NCBI GenBank assembly: GCA_002269645.1
Contig: NIVC01000412.1
Location: forward strand, 372,001-436,000
Source of the DNA: Macrostomum lignano
Lineage: Eukaryota
DNA length: 64,000 nt
Direction: 5' to 3'
Both the position numbers and the translations under genes were made by a program. Positions 46,419 to 58,420 of this stretch are shown here, one piece after another (position 1 is the stretch's first letter; the number at the start of each line of letters is the position of its first letter). The notes beneath the pieces are model-generated. The model made no database searches. It was not told the origin of the DNA and saw only the letters and a list, made by a program, of their open reading frames with translations.

Positions 46419-47458
46419 GCTAAAGCCCCTTGGTGCTAAAGCCCCTTGGTGCTAAAGCCCCTTGGTGCTAAAGCCCCTTGGTGCTAAAGCCCCTTGGTGC
46501 TAAAGCCCCTTGGTGCTAAAGCCCCTTGGTGCTAAAGCCCCTTGGTGCTAAAGCCCCTTGGTGCTAAAGCCCCTTGGTGCTAAAGCCCCTTGGTGCTAAA
46601 GCCCCTTGGTGCTAAAGCCCCTTGGTGCTAAAGCCCCTTGGTGCTGGCGCCCCTTGGTGCTGGCGCCCCTTGGTGCTAAAGCCCCTTGGTGCTAAAGCCC
46701 TTGGTGCTAAAGCCCCTTGGTGCTAAAGCCCCTTGGTGCTAAAGCCCCTTGGTGCTAAAGCCCCTTGGTGCTAAAGCCCCTTGGTGCTAAAGCCCCTTGG
46801 TGCTAAAGCCCCTTGGTGCTAAAGCCCCTTGGTGCTAAAGCCCCTTGGTGCTAAAGCCCCTTGGTGCTAAAGCCCCTTGGTGCTAAAGCCCCTTGGTGCT
46901 AAAGCCCCTTGGTGCTAAAGCCCCTTGGTGCTAAAGCCCCTTGGTGCTAAAGCCCCTTGGTGCTAAAGCCCCTTGGTGCTAAAGCCCCTTGGTGCTAAAG
47001 CCCCTTGGTGCTAAAGCCCCTTGGTGCTAAAGCCCCTTGGTGCTAAAGCCCCTTGGTGCTAAAGCCCCTTGGTGCTAAAGCCCCTTGGTGCTAAAGCCCC
47101 TTGGTGCTAAAGCCCCTTGGTGCTAAAGCCCCTTGGTGCTAAAGCCCCTTGGTGCTAAAGCCCCTTGGTGCTAAAGCCCCTTGGTGCTAAAGCCCCTTGG
47201 TGCTAAAGCCCCTTGGTGCTAAAGCCCCTTGGTGCTAAAGCCCCTTGGTGCTAAAGCCCCTTGGTGCTAAAGCCCCTTGGTGCTAAAGCCCCTTGGTGCT
47301 AAAGCCCCTTGGTGCTAAAGCCCCTTGGTGCTAAAGCCCCTTGGTGCTAAAGCCCCTTGGTGCTAAAGCCCCTTGGTGCTAAAGCCCCTTGGTGCTAAAG
47401 CCCCTTGGTGCTAAAGCCCCTTGGTGCTAAAGCCCCTTGGTGCTAAAGCCCCTAAAGC
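46419..47458. repeat. Near-perfect 16-bp array (aaagccccttggtgct) just upstream of the sacsin ATG
   Basis: Over 60 almost identical units; related short array at 48590-48740. Confidence 0.95.
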
Positions 47459-48146
47459 CACTAAAATGAAATCTATAGTGATAATAAAAAATGAAATTGA
47501 TTAGCAAGTAGTTTTAAATTGCAACTAAAAGCTTTCAAGTTTCCAAAGTTATTTAATTGTAGCTGTTTTTACCTGATCAGAAGAAGCGAGCAAGATTTTA
47601 ATGACTTGTGGTTGTGGATTCTCAACGTACCAAATGCAACCTATAACGGTTGAAAACTAAAACAAGCGAGGCTGTGCGCTCATGAATATATGCTGTAATA
47701 TTTACACTGTTTAAGAGGCGCACGGTTTCCTGGAAAATCTCTGTCAAACTTTCAGCTCATTGTTGGAATTTTTTTTCATAAACCACTTTAAAACCGAAAA
47801 CTGAATACAACAGTACCTTTTCCGTAATTACTTAGGCCACTGTTCTGTCAGCTATTTCCAAGAAACTTAGCCTATACTTAGCTTTACCATAAACAGCTAA
47901 TTGTCTGACTGAGAATAGGGCGAGTTGCATTGCTGTCTGGCTTTGCAAAGGTCAACTCTTAACGTTCGCTATTGTGCGCAAATGTACTCACATGCAGCCG
48001 TTATTCATCTAAGCCCTTTATCTGTCACAATTTGCCAGGCAGATCTTAATGTCATGCCCAACCGCAGTAAAATGACGCTAGCATTCGTCATTCTTGGAAA
48101 CTAGCTTAACTTAAGCAGGCTCGTCTTAACGTGACTTAGCTGCAGG

Positions 48147-48350
48147 GTGGTCCGTAGACACAGCGGGGAGGTGATGATCGCCCTGGAGGAACTGGATGAG
48201 CCGTGGGATGCTGTCGGGCTGGGAGACAGACAAAGTGCTGAGCATCGTCGTTGTCGTGATCGCAAAAAGGTCAAAGTTCACTCTCGAGGTCGCCTCGGAG
48301 GAAGCATGCCTGTCTATGTCTATGGTGAAACCTCATTCTGCGCTATGAGT
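48147..48350 (+). mobile_element. Possible degraded fragment of a non-LTR retrotransposon APE endonuclease
   Basis: ALEELDEPWDAVGL, then by frameshift ET...VVIAKRSKFTLEV, loosely resembling APE motifs (DIxxLxET; GVAILxK). Short and uncertain. Confidence 0.3.
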
Positions 48351-49507
48351 TCTCCAGAGCATACTAGCTCGTAAATGCTTTTTAGAACTCTCATTTACCT
48401 TTACACACACACACACATCTGCAGCGCGGTCTATAGATTTCAGGGCGTAGGATATATAAGATACGGTAACGGCATGCAACAAAACTGCCGCTGTTCACTT
48501 TCAACACTGAATATTATAAGTGCTCTGAAGTGCTACATGTACTTTAGCATCTAATGATGTCAGTTTGTGCTCAGGTGTAGTTTATGAGTCCCTGGTGTTT
48601 GCGCCCTTGGTGTTTGCGCCCCTGGTGCTGGCGCCCCTGGTGCTGGCGCCCCTGGTGCTGGCGCCTCTGGTGCCAAATCCCCTGGTGCTAATTAAAGCCC
48701 CTGGTGCTAATAAGTACCTTGGTGCTAAAGCCCCTGGTGATGTAACACTCCTATAAAAAGGTGGCTCAGCCCTCCGTTCACCCCGCTGTGTAGATTTTTT
48801 TTACCATAAACATTCTCAGCGAGCGGCCTTAGACAATATAGGATTAAATACTTGGTTTTGAGTAGTATTGTAAGACGATATACATGTATATATATTTCTC
48901 GTGCATTAAATGACGCCAGCCAATACGCGATCACGAGCCATGTAAGCACGCTTTTAGCGTTTAATGCCCGCTTTTACCCATTTATATCGTGTTAAAATAT
49001 CCGTTACAGCCCTCTGCAGCCTTTGGGTGTATATACGAGCTAGCTATAGTTGTACGAGTAATTGTAAATTGTAGGGCAAACCATCATTAACTGTGCTTTA
49101 GATCATTATTAATCAATCAACCAATCAATCGATCAATCAATCAATCCATCAAACTTCAGCAATCAGACAATGGATAAATAAATAATCAGCGGTCCCAGTG
49201 CGTGACAACGATTGTCTGGCGAGCGCCGGTAGGCGCGAGCCATAGACAAATCGTTGTCACGTGCTGCGACCGCTGATTCTTTGCATTGTTTTTCTGTTTG
49301 ACGATCCTACAGACAATGCATTGTTTGTAGTAATGATTGTTCTGCATAAAATATGCGAATAATGATCGTCAAATTGCTAAACAATGATGTAGTAGAGAAT
49401 GGCTATGAGTGCACCAATGTTTTTGACAGAGGGCCCAAGGTCAAATACATTTGGTGCACGATAAAGCCATTCTCCACTGGCATTGTATTATTTTGGGCGC
49501 CTATTAC

Positions 49508-50009
49508 CCATAGACATTTGGAGCGTGCAACAATAAAGTAGTCTGAGCGTGCAACAATGGAGGAATCTAGCACGCTGACGAGTGCGTCAATGGCTGAAAC
49601 ACGAGTGCGCGTAGCGCACGAGGGTTTTTGCCATAGACGCACAAGTCAAAGTGCTTGATTCCCATTCTTATTTGATCCAACATGTGTGGCTAAAGTAGAC
49701 AAGGGTGGAGCTGGGGGTGTGGAGTTAGACTTGAACCATAGACAAAATATGCGCGAGCTAGTCTGAACATTCTTGCACGATTGAAAGAAGATTATGCTTG
49801 TAGTCTATGGCTGTTATGCTAAATATAGAAACATTGCGCAGTACATTCTTGCACGATTGACATTCCTGCACGGAGTGCACGTGTAAATTCTATGTGCTTT
49901 TACCATAGACACTTGCATTTCTGAACGCATATGGCGACTTCCAAAGCATTCTTGCACGCTGGATCAAATAAGAATACTTCAATGTTGCACGCTCCAAATA
50001 TGTCTATGG
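49508..50009. mobile_element. MITE-like element with CCATAGAC termini, inside a cluster of related motifs
   Basis: CCATAGACATTTGGAGCGTGCAACA pairs with TGTTGCACGCTCCAAATATGTCTATGG. Further CCATAGAC/GTCTATGG copies lie inside and nearby. Confidence 0.6.
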
Positions 50010-51090
50010 CCCAAAGATCTGGGCAGTTTAGAGCAGTGAAGAGACGGGCCTTCGTAAGTTCAACGAGGTGCTTTCAAGCAAGAACTACGCCTGCGATCTG
50101 AATACAGCCGATATCGAACAGTTAGTCACTGGCTTGAGAATCTTCTATGCTTTTTCTATAATTTCTATAATTTCTATATGCTTTTTCTATGCTTTTTATA
50201 ATGTCACAAACTTGTTTTTTCATATTAAGTTTTTATAATGTTACAACTGCTAAATATAGCATTAAATAGTTAGCTCAGACGTTGGCTTCGGCCATAGACA
50301 TTCAAAGCGTGCAACAATCTGGCTTGATTGCTATACCCCTAAAAACCCTCCAAAATGATACAATGAGAATTCTTCTATTTGATCTTGAGTACCAGAAGGA
50401 AAAGAAAATGTCAAGTTAAACTCAGTTCCGTGATAATTGCGTAATGTACACTTTATCTGTACCAGTAGCACTATAGCGCTTTAAACATCTTTGTAAATAA
50501 GTGGTGTGAATCGATGGTCTCATCAATTCTCTTGTGGCTTGCATTAAGATTTCCGAGCCATACTGTAAACTCTGTCTAGAGACGAGAAAGTCGGGGTCGT
50601 TGCGTACACCCTGTGGTAAATGAGGCTTACATGTTTATGCATGCACTTTTGCCACTGGAGTAGACGAATAAGACGGTTATTGGGTTTTCGTAATTTTGTA
50701 ATCTATGTAATTTATGGAATTTGTAATCACGAGCGTCTTGATCCTTGAACGGGATTATACATTCTCTCCTTCCTCGCGAACTTCTTTTCGTTTCTTGTGC
50801 TCGACTTTATCTGCATATTTAAAAAGTGCAGTAAGCTTCCTAATCTATCTCATTAACTTCCCAATTTATCCCAGCCAGCCAGACTCTATATGGCTCCCGA
50901 GAATTCCGTAGCGATTCGCAAGCCCGATTCGACCAATGAAGTGCAAGGCATCCCCAACCCCAATTCTGCGAGTTGAGCCAGTACAAAATCTACGAGTACA
51001 TCAGTCCTATACACACAGGAAAAGTATATCGCAGTTCTTACAAAATTCCACTCTGCAATAAGCAACCGCAGGCGCAGTGAACGGCTGGTC

Positions 51091-52278
51091 ATGTCGAGAC
51101 TGCAGGAACCCGAATGGTTCAACGATTTGCCAAGCGAGCTGGAATCGAACGTCACGACGAATTCGTTTTTGACGGAACCCACGCAATCGCAGGAGGTTGA
51201 TTACTACCGCCTGTTTCATATCCGAGTCTTCTCATGGCTTTTCCCGTTGTTGATGTCGCTGGGAGTCTGGGGCAACGCCAGCTGCCTGCTGGTGCTGCTG
51301 CGGCACCCGAAGTGCTTCCCGTTCTCCTTGCGGCTCTGCATGCTCACCACCTGCTGCGTGGACCTCCTGCTGGTCGGGGGAAAGTCGGTCACGCACTACC
51401 TGGCACTCGGCATCCTCGGACGGAATCTGGGCGTGCCGATCTTCCGCACTCGAACCAACTAACCGGTGTGCGTGACCTACTACCTGGCAACCCTGGGGCT
51501 GATGCACGGAAGCCCCTTCCTGCGCATGGGATTCTGTTTGCACTCGCTGGTCGTCACCTTGGCGCCCATGCGGCAGCGCAGTCTGCTGCGTCGGCGGAAC
51601 ATCGTCGCCTGGCAGGCGCTGCTGCTGCTGCTCAGCCTCCTGCCTTGCATCCGGGTGGCCAACACCTTCTGGAGTCTGGAGGTGTTGGCCTCCAGATGCG
51701 TGTTCCTGCAGATCACCAGGATCGAGCTGGCCTACCGGCTGTACAGGTGTTCGCCGCTCGCGTGCTGATGTTTGCAGTTCTCCTCGCCTCCCTGGCCGTC
51801 ATCCTGGCCAAGCCTGTGACGCAGCCAGCGCAACGTCCGAGGCTCCATCGCGTCGAGTGGAGACGAAAGCCAGGCCAAACTACCGACACAAGTGGCGGCC
51901 ACTGCCCAGACCAGAATATTTCTAGTCACAAGCCTGATATTCATTGCCTGCGAAGCTCCTTTCTGCATTCTACAGCTGCTGGATCATCTGGGCGCGGTCG
52001 ACTGCACTCGGCCGACCCACCGTCTAGCTGTGTTGTTCAATCACCTGATGTACCTGGACCCGGCCCTGAACTGGCTGCCCTGTCTGATAGGCACCAAGTT
52101 TCGTCGACACTTTGGAGTCATGATTAACCGGATTTGTTGCTGCAGGGCGAGCGGATCGAAGGATTGGCACTGGGGAAGTGGCGCGGTGAGATGCAGACAC
52201 CGCGCTAACGCTGCTGCGGCCGCCGCAATAATGATCAAAACTACTACAGCTACCGGGTCGGGCCAAGGGGGGCCGTAG
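51091..52278 (+). pseudogene. Intronless class A (rhodopsin-like, peptide-receptor type) GPCR with an in-frame stop and two frameshifts
   Basis: TM1 VFSWLFPLLMSLGVWGNASCLLVL; TM2 CCVDLL; TAA at 51460-51462; frame changes near 51745 and 51880; TM6 FLVTSLIFIACEAPF; TM7 YLDPALNW...GTKFRRHF. Confidence 0.75.
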
Positions 52279-52996
52279 CCCAGCGGTCTAGCGCAGGCTC
52301 TGGTGTGCCAGCGACCCAGGCTCGACTCCAAGTGCAGTCACATTAATTTGGGGCTGAATTGGAATCTCGGCTTGGCTCTGCTCGTGCAATTAACGGCCTT
52401 GAGAGCCAACCCCCCCCCCCAAGGCGCAGTGAAGTGTACATGCCTAACGATAAAAATAAAGTTAGGGCCGCTGTACACTCATGTGTGAGTGTGTGCCTGC
52501 GTACGTATCAGCGCGCTTGTGTGCCTGCTCAGGGGAGTCGGCGGAATGGGCAGTAATGCCTCTCGCCGGTTGTGTGCCTATGTCGCTTAAAGTGCGCCAG
52601 GGTGCACACAACCCCCTTGCCTCTAATAAAAAAAAACCAGGTCGGGCCGAGTCAGCAGATTATAACAGCACAGCCATCCCATAACTAAATGGATGAATTC
52701 ATTGTTTAACCCCACATTTACATGTACGAGCGTAGTTCTGTAGTTTAAACACCAAGGATGATTAAATGTGTAAAATATGCGTGAGAGTATGTGCTCCTTG
52801 AGTATAGCTGCTGCTTTATCAGCCTGAGACTATAGTGGCAATTGGGGCTTCAATGCTACAGTTTGCACTGTACAAGTTGCTTCATTAACACAGGGTATTA
52901 CGCAATTCGGTCCTGACTTTCTCGTCTTAAGACAGGGTTTAACTAAATTATACCACTGTGCCCTGGAGACTTGGCTCGGAAATATTATGGCACGCT

Positions 52997-53362
52997 CAGG
53001 GGCGTCGCCATGTATTTTATGGTGGGGGGACAAGGCAAGAATTCACCACATGTACGTACATGACTGAATTCCTACATGTCCATTAATTTGAGAATCAGTG
53101 TTGTCAGCGCTCATTTTGGCGCAGCAGGTACTCAGATTGGCGCCACATGCAGGCACTCAGTTTAGCGCCGCAGACACTCAGTTTAGCGCCACAGGCACTC
53201 ATTTTGGCGCCCGAAAGATTGCCACATTATTGATTGCCACAACGAGTCACAAGGTAGGGTGGGGGGAACACAAAGCATTGGCATGTCCCCTCATAGCTTT
53301 TACTGGGGGGGGGGTGCATGTCCCCCGGCCTGTCCCCCCCGGTGGCGACGCGCCTGCCTGTG
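52997..53362. mobile_element. hAT-type MITE
   Basis: CAGGGGCGTCGCCA...TGGCGACGCGCCTG. 8-bp GGCACGCT at 52989-52996 and 53363-53370, with 6 extra bases before the right copy. Confidence 0.7.
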
Positions 53363-53689
53363 GGCACGCTTCAAGAGAATCGAACTAAAAAAGACTAGGC
53401 TTGTTAGTACCTGCCGTCAGTCAGTTGGGTCATCAATTCACACTTGATTTACAAAGCGATATACAAAGCGTAAATAGCTACTTACTCGTAATCCTTACAC
53501 ATTGTTAATTCACATGTAAAGGCATCAATTTGTTAATAAGTATAATTGCCTCGATAGTGCAGTGACCTCAGGCTTTTTCCTTAGACCTTAGATAAGCCTT
53601 AGCGCATTTAGACCTTAGGCCTTTAGTCCACCTTAAGTCTGTTTTGATAGCCGCTTGTCGAGCAGCTTGATTTGATCGATCGATATTGA

Positions 53690-53760
53690 TTAATTTAATT
53701 AACTGATTAATTAATTGATCGATTGGTCGATTAATTGTTCTTTGATTGATTGATTAGTGC

Positions 53761-53827
<67 letters not shown>

Positions 53828-53870
53828 GTCGATTGATCGATTAGTAATTGATTGATTGGGCCTGGATCGG
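53690..53870. repeat. (GATT)n microsatellite
   Basis: Direct observation. Confidence 0.9.
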
Positions 53871-54242
53871 ATTAATAATGATCTGGCGCACATCAGTTGA
53901 TGATGGCCTGCACAACAATATACAATTACAACTAAGCTAGCTACGTACTTTTTATGAACTAGGGCCTAATTGTGTTTGACTATGCAATCGCAGCAATCGA
54001 CCGGTGCTCGAACAGGATTACATGTAAATTGAATAAATTTAACAAAAACATTTATTATATAAGGTATTTTATATATATATTATATATTATATAATTTAAT
54101 GACCACAATATAAATTTTCGGGTTAAATTTAAGCGATCGATGCAAATGTATCTTAAATTAAAAATAAAAATGAAATTGAGTCCCGAGCATATAAAATATA
54201 AATCCTTTAAATTAGTGCTATCGCAGTTTAAGTTTATGTAAA

Positions 54243-57200
54243 GGCCCTCGTTATTTGTCCGGTACCGGAGAAATAATGTTTGCGTTATTTGTCCGGCGCC
54301 GGATAAATAACACTGGCGTTATTCCTCCGGTATACTAAAAATAGCCTAATGGCTCTAACCGTAATTTATCAGGTTGGTCGGCATATAGCTGCGCCTAAAG
54401 CCAAAAGGAAAAAATAAGTGACTTAGACCAAATTTAATAATTTATTGAAAAGCAAAAGCGGAAAATATTACAGTTTTTATTGCTACATTGTTTAAAATTA
54501 GAATTAGCAGCAGCAAAGTATTTAGGAGACATAGTTCGAAAATTCTATCATAATGTACGCTTAAGACCAGAAACTATAATCTGAATAGTGGATAATCAAC
54601 TTAACTAGTATAGGTCCTCAGTTTCACACATTTTAAAATTAAACCACATTTTACTTAGTGTGTATAGCTCAGTGACAGTAACGTTGCAATGGCAAATTAA
54701 ATTACACCAACTCATGCAAGTACCAACACAATTTTTCTTATGGCAAATTTTTCTGAAAGTAATTTCAGCACCTACATATACATGTATATATACTAGGTCA
54801 AAGGTTTCAATGAGATCCATACTACATGTAGCTATATGCGCCCCATAAATTGCATGAATTTTTAGACAAAATTTTGGCATTCACAAATAGACTATGGTGT
54901 TTTCACTGCCATGGAGAATTTTATATTTGATTAAATACTTTAATACACCTGTATTTTATTTTTTTGCATATACATAAATGAAAATATGTAAATTAAAATA
55001 TACTCTTCGTCTTCATTTCCTGTTATATTTGAGTATATTAATATATTGTACATTTTTTAAAAAAAAGTACACATGCTGCGTATCTTAGGCTTACATGCCC
55101 CGACAAAATGTGCAAATGCTGTCCATCATCTAGTCTGGCACCCCTTGAAGAGATGCAGATGCTGTACATCTAGTATGGCACCCCTTGAAGAGATGCAGAT
55201 GCTGTACATCTAGTCTTGCACCCCTTGAAGAGGTGCAGATGCTGTACATCTAGTCTTGCACCCCTTGAAGAGGTGCAGATGCCTTCTATCTATTCTTGCA
55301 CCCCTTGAAGAGATGCAGATGCTGTACATCTAGTCTGGCACCCCTTGAAGAGGTGCAGATGCTGTACATCTAGTCTTGCACCCCTTGAAGAGGTGCAGCT
55401 GCTGTACATCTAGTCTTGCACCCCTTGAAGAGATGCAGATGCTGTACATCTAGTCTGACACCCATTGAAGAGATGCAGATGCCTTCTGTCTAGTCTGGCA
55501 CCCCTTGAAGAGGTGCAGCTGCTGTACATCTAGTCTTGCACCCCTTGAAGAGGTGCAGATGCTCCGTCCATCTAGTTTGGCACCCCTTGAAGAGATGCAG
55601 ATGCTGTACATCTAGTCTGGCACCCCTTGAAGAGGTGCAGATGCTGTACATCTAGTCTTGCACCCCTTGAAGAGGTGCAGCTGCTGTACATCTAGTCTTG
55701 CACCTCTTGAAGAGATGCAGATGCCTTCCATCTAGTTTGGCACCCCTTGAAGAGGTGCAGATGCTGTACATCTAGTCTGGCACCCCTTGAAGAGGTGCAG
55801 ATGCCTTCCATCTAGTCTTGCACCCCTTGAAGAGGTGCATACACCTGTTGCTGTCGTTGTTGCCATGTAATGTTTTGTCCGGCGCAGCCCTTCGTGATGA
55901 GGCTGACTGGGGCCTTGCTTAGGTCAGACAGCAGCTGGTGGCTCGTGCACCACTGAAACCCATCCGACCACAGATTACCGAGACCCCGGAACAGCTGTGC
56001 CCAAGACGGGACCGGGGCTCCCGGAGCCAAAATTGGAGCCGACGGCGCCGGTCTGGTCCACGGTATGCCGCAGCGCACTCCGCTTCTGTCCACTATCCCG
56101 AAGGAGACCCGGCCGGGGTTGCGTGACGCCGCCTCCGAGACCACCGACCCGGAGCCGGAAGACGAGAGCTTGCCCACGTATTCGTACCTGGCCGGTGTGT
56201 GTGCTGGTCATGACGGGCCAACTCGGACGGTGGCCGGACTTCGCTGACTGGCCGCAGAGGCCTCGGCTGCGTAGCCTGGCTGACGGCGACCGTCAGGCCT
56301 AAATCGATGGGGCCGCCCGGCTTGCTCCTAGCGAACTCGCTCAGCCGCGGCACCTGGAAGTCATGCGCGCCGTCGCCCGCCTGAAAATCTGAGCGATCAC
56401 TGGCCGCGCTCCTGAGATGACAGAAGCCATTGACAAACTCCCGAGAAAGGAGCAGGACAATTAACTGTAGCTCACATGACAGACTAGCTTGCGCCGTTAA
56501 ACTTTGCTCTAACCCTTATTTTATAGGTTGGCTCTTTTGCTGCAAAGGAGCCTTCGGCTTAATTGGCACCCCCTTTATAGTTCGCGTCTCCCTTTTTTGT
56601 GCTTGCCCGCATTTCAACTTATGCGTTTATTTAGGCGCCTGTTTTCTTCGGCTGGCGCCCCCGTTGACATTTAGGGCGGCAAACGGCCTTCGTGTCTATT
56701 CTGTTGCTCTTCGAACAGAAAGTCGATTCGATTGCCGTTCCTTCTTCTCTGTTCTGCTTTCGCCTGTCCATTATCATGCGTTCAACGTATTCCTGCCGTC
56801 ATTTTCGTGCTCATCGTCTACATGTATAACCTAACAGCCGTCTCTGCTGTTCCTCCTCTAGCTGCCGTCTCTGAACTTCCTGCTCATTCTCTACCTGCCG
56901 TTTCTGCTGTTCCTCCTCTACATGTAGCTGCCGTCTCTGAACTTCCTGCTCATTCTCTACCTGCCGTTTCTGCTGTTCCTCCTCTACATGTATAGCTACC
57001 GTCTCTGATCTTCCTGCTCATTCTCTACCTGCTGTTTCTGCTGTTCCTCCTCAACATGTAGCTGCCGTCTCTGATCTTCCTGCTCATTCTCTACCTGCCG
57101 TTTCTGCTGTTCCTCCTCTACATGTAGCTGCCGTCTCTGAACTTCTGGACTAGACTAGACTAGACTAGACTAGATGTACAGCATCTGCACCTCTTCAAGG

Positions 57201-58420
57201 GGTGCAAGACTAGATGGACAGCATCTGCACCTCTTCAAGGGGTGCCAGACTAGATGTACAGCATCTGCATCTCTTCAAGAGGTGCAAGACTAGATGTACA
57301 GCAGCTGCACCTCTTCAAGGGGTGCCAGACTAGATGGACAGCATCTGCACCTCTTCAAGGGGTGCCAGACTAGATGTACAGCATCTGCATCTCTTCAAGG
57401 GGTGCAAGAATAGATAGAAGGCATCTGCACCTCTTCAAGGGGTGCAAGACTAGATGTACAGCATCTGCATCTCTTCAAGGGGTGCCATACTAGATGTACA
57501 GCATCTGCATCTCTTCAAGGGGTGCCAGACTAGATGATGGACAGCATTTGCACATTTTGTCGGGGCATGTAAGCCTAAGATACGCAGCATGTGTACTTTT
57601 TTTTAAAAAATGTACAATATATTAATATACTCAAATATAACAGGAAATGAAGACGAAGAGTATATTTTAATTTACATATTTTCATTTATGTATATGCAAA
57701 AAAATAAAATACAGGTGTATTAAAGTATTTAATCAAATATAAAATTCTCCATGGCAGTGAAAACACCATAGTCTATTTGTGAATGCCAAAATTTTGTCTA
57801 AAAATTCATGCAATTTATGGGGCGCATATAGCTACATGTAGTATGGATCTCATTGAAACCTTTGACCTAGTATATATACATGTATATGTAGGTGCTGAAA
57901 TTACTTTCAGAAAAATTTGCCATAAGAAAAATTGTGTTGGTACTTGCATGAGTTGGTGTAATTTAATTTGCCATTGCAACGTTACTGTCACTGAGCTATA
58001 CACACTAAGTAAAATGTAGTTTAATTTTAAAATGTGTGAAACTGAGGACCTATACTAGTTAAGTTGATTATCCACTATTCAGATTATAGTTTCTGGTCTT
58101 AAGCGTACATTATGATAGAATTTTCGAACTATGTCTCCTAAATACTTTGCTGCTGCTAATTCTAATTTTAAACAATGTAGCAATAAAAACTGTAATATTT
58201 TCCGCTTTTGCTTTTCAATAAATTATTAAATTTGGTCTAAGTCACTTATTTTTTCCTTTTGGCTTTAGGCGCAGCTATATGCCGACCAACCTGATAAATT
58301 ACGGTTAGAGCCATTAGGCTATTTTTAGTATACCGGAGGAATAACGCCAGTGTTATTTATTAGGCGCCGGACAAATAACGCAAACATTATTTCTCCGGTA
58401 CCGGACAAATAACGAGGGCC
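54243..58420. mobile_element. Mutator/Foldback (Phantom-like) non-autonomous element: 1.25-1.6-kb TIRs containing a 40-bp minisatellite, 9-bp TSD, ~1.3-kb core
   Basis: GGCCCTCGTTATTTGTCCGG...CCGGACAAATAACGAGGGCC with TTATGTAAA at 54234-54242 and 58421-58429. Near-identical arms give identical ORF-track peptides on opposite strands. Confidence 0.9.
56835..57145. repeat. ~65-bp tandem repeat in the core of the giant-TIR element
   Basis: About 5 units of gccgtctctgaacttcctgctcattctctacctgccgtttctgctgttcctcctctacatgtagct. Confidence 0.8.

Noticed and set aside
54605-58019. Identical short ORFs on opposite strands (MPKFCLKIHAIYG...)
   Set aside because: A consequence of the inverted arms; AT-rich with no domain features.
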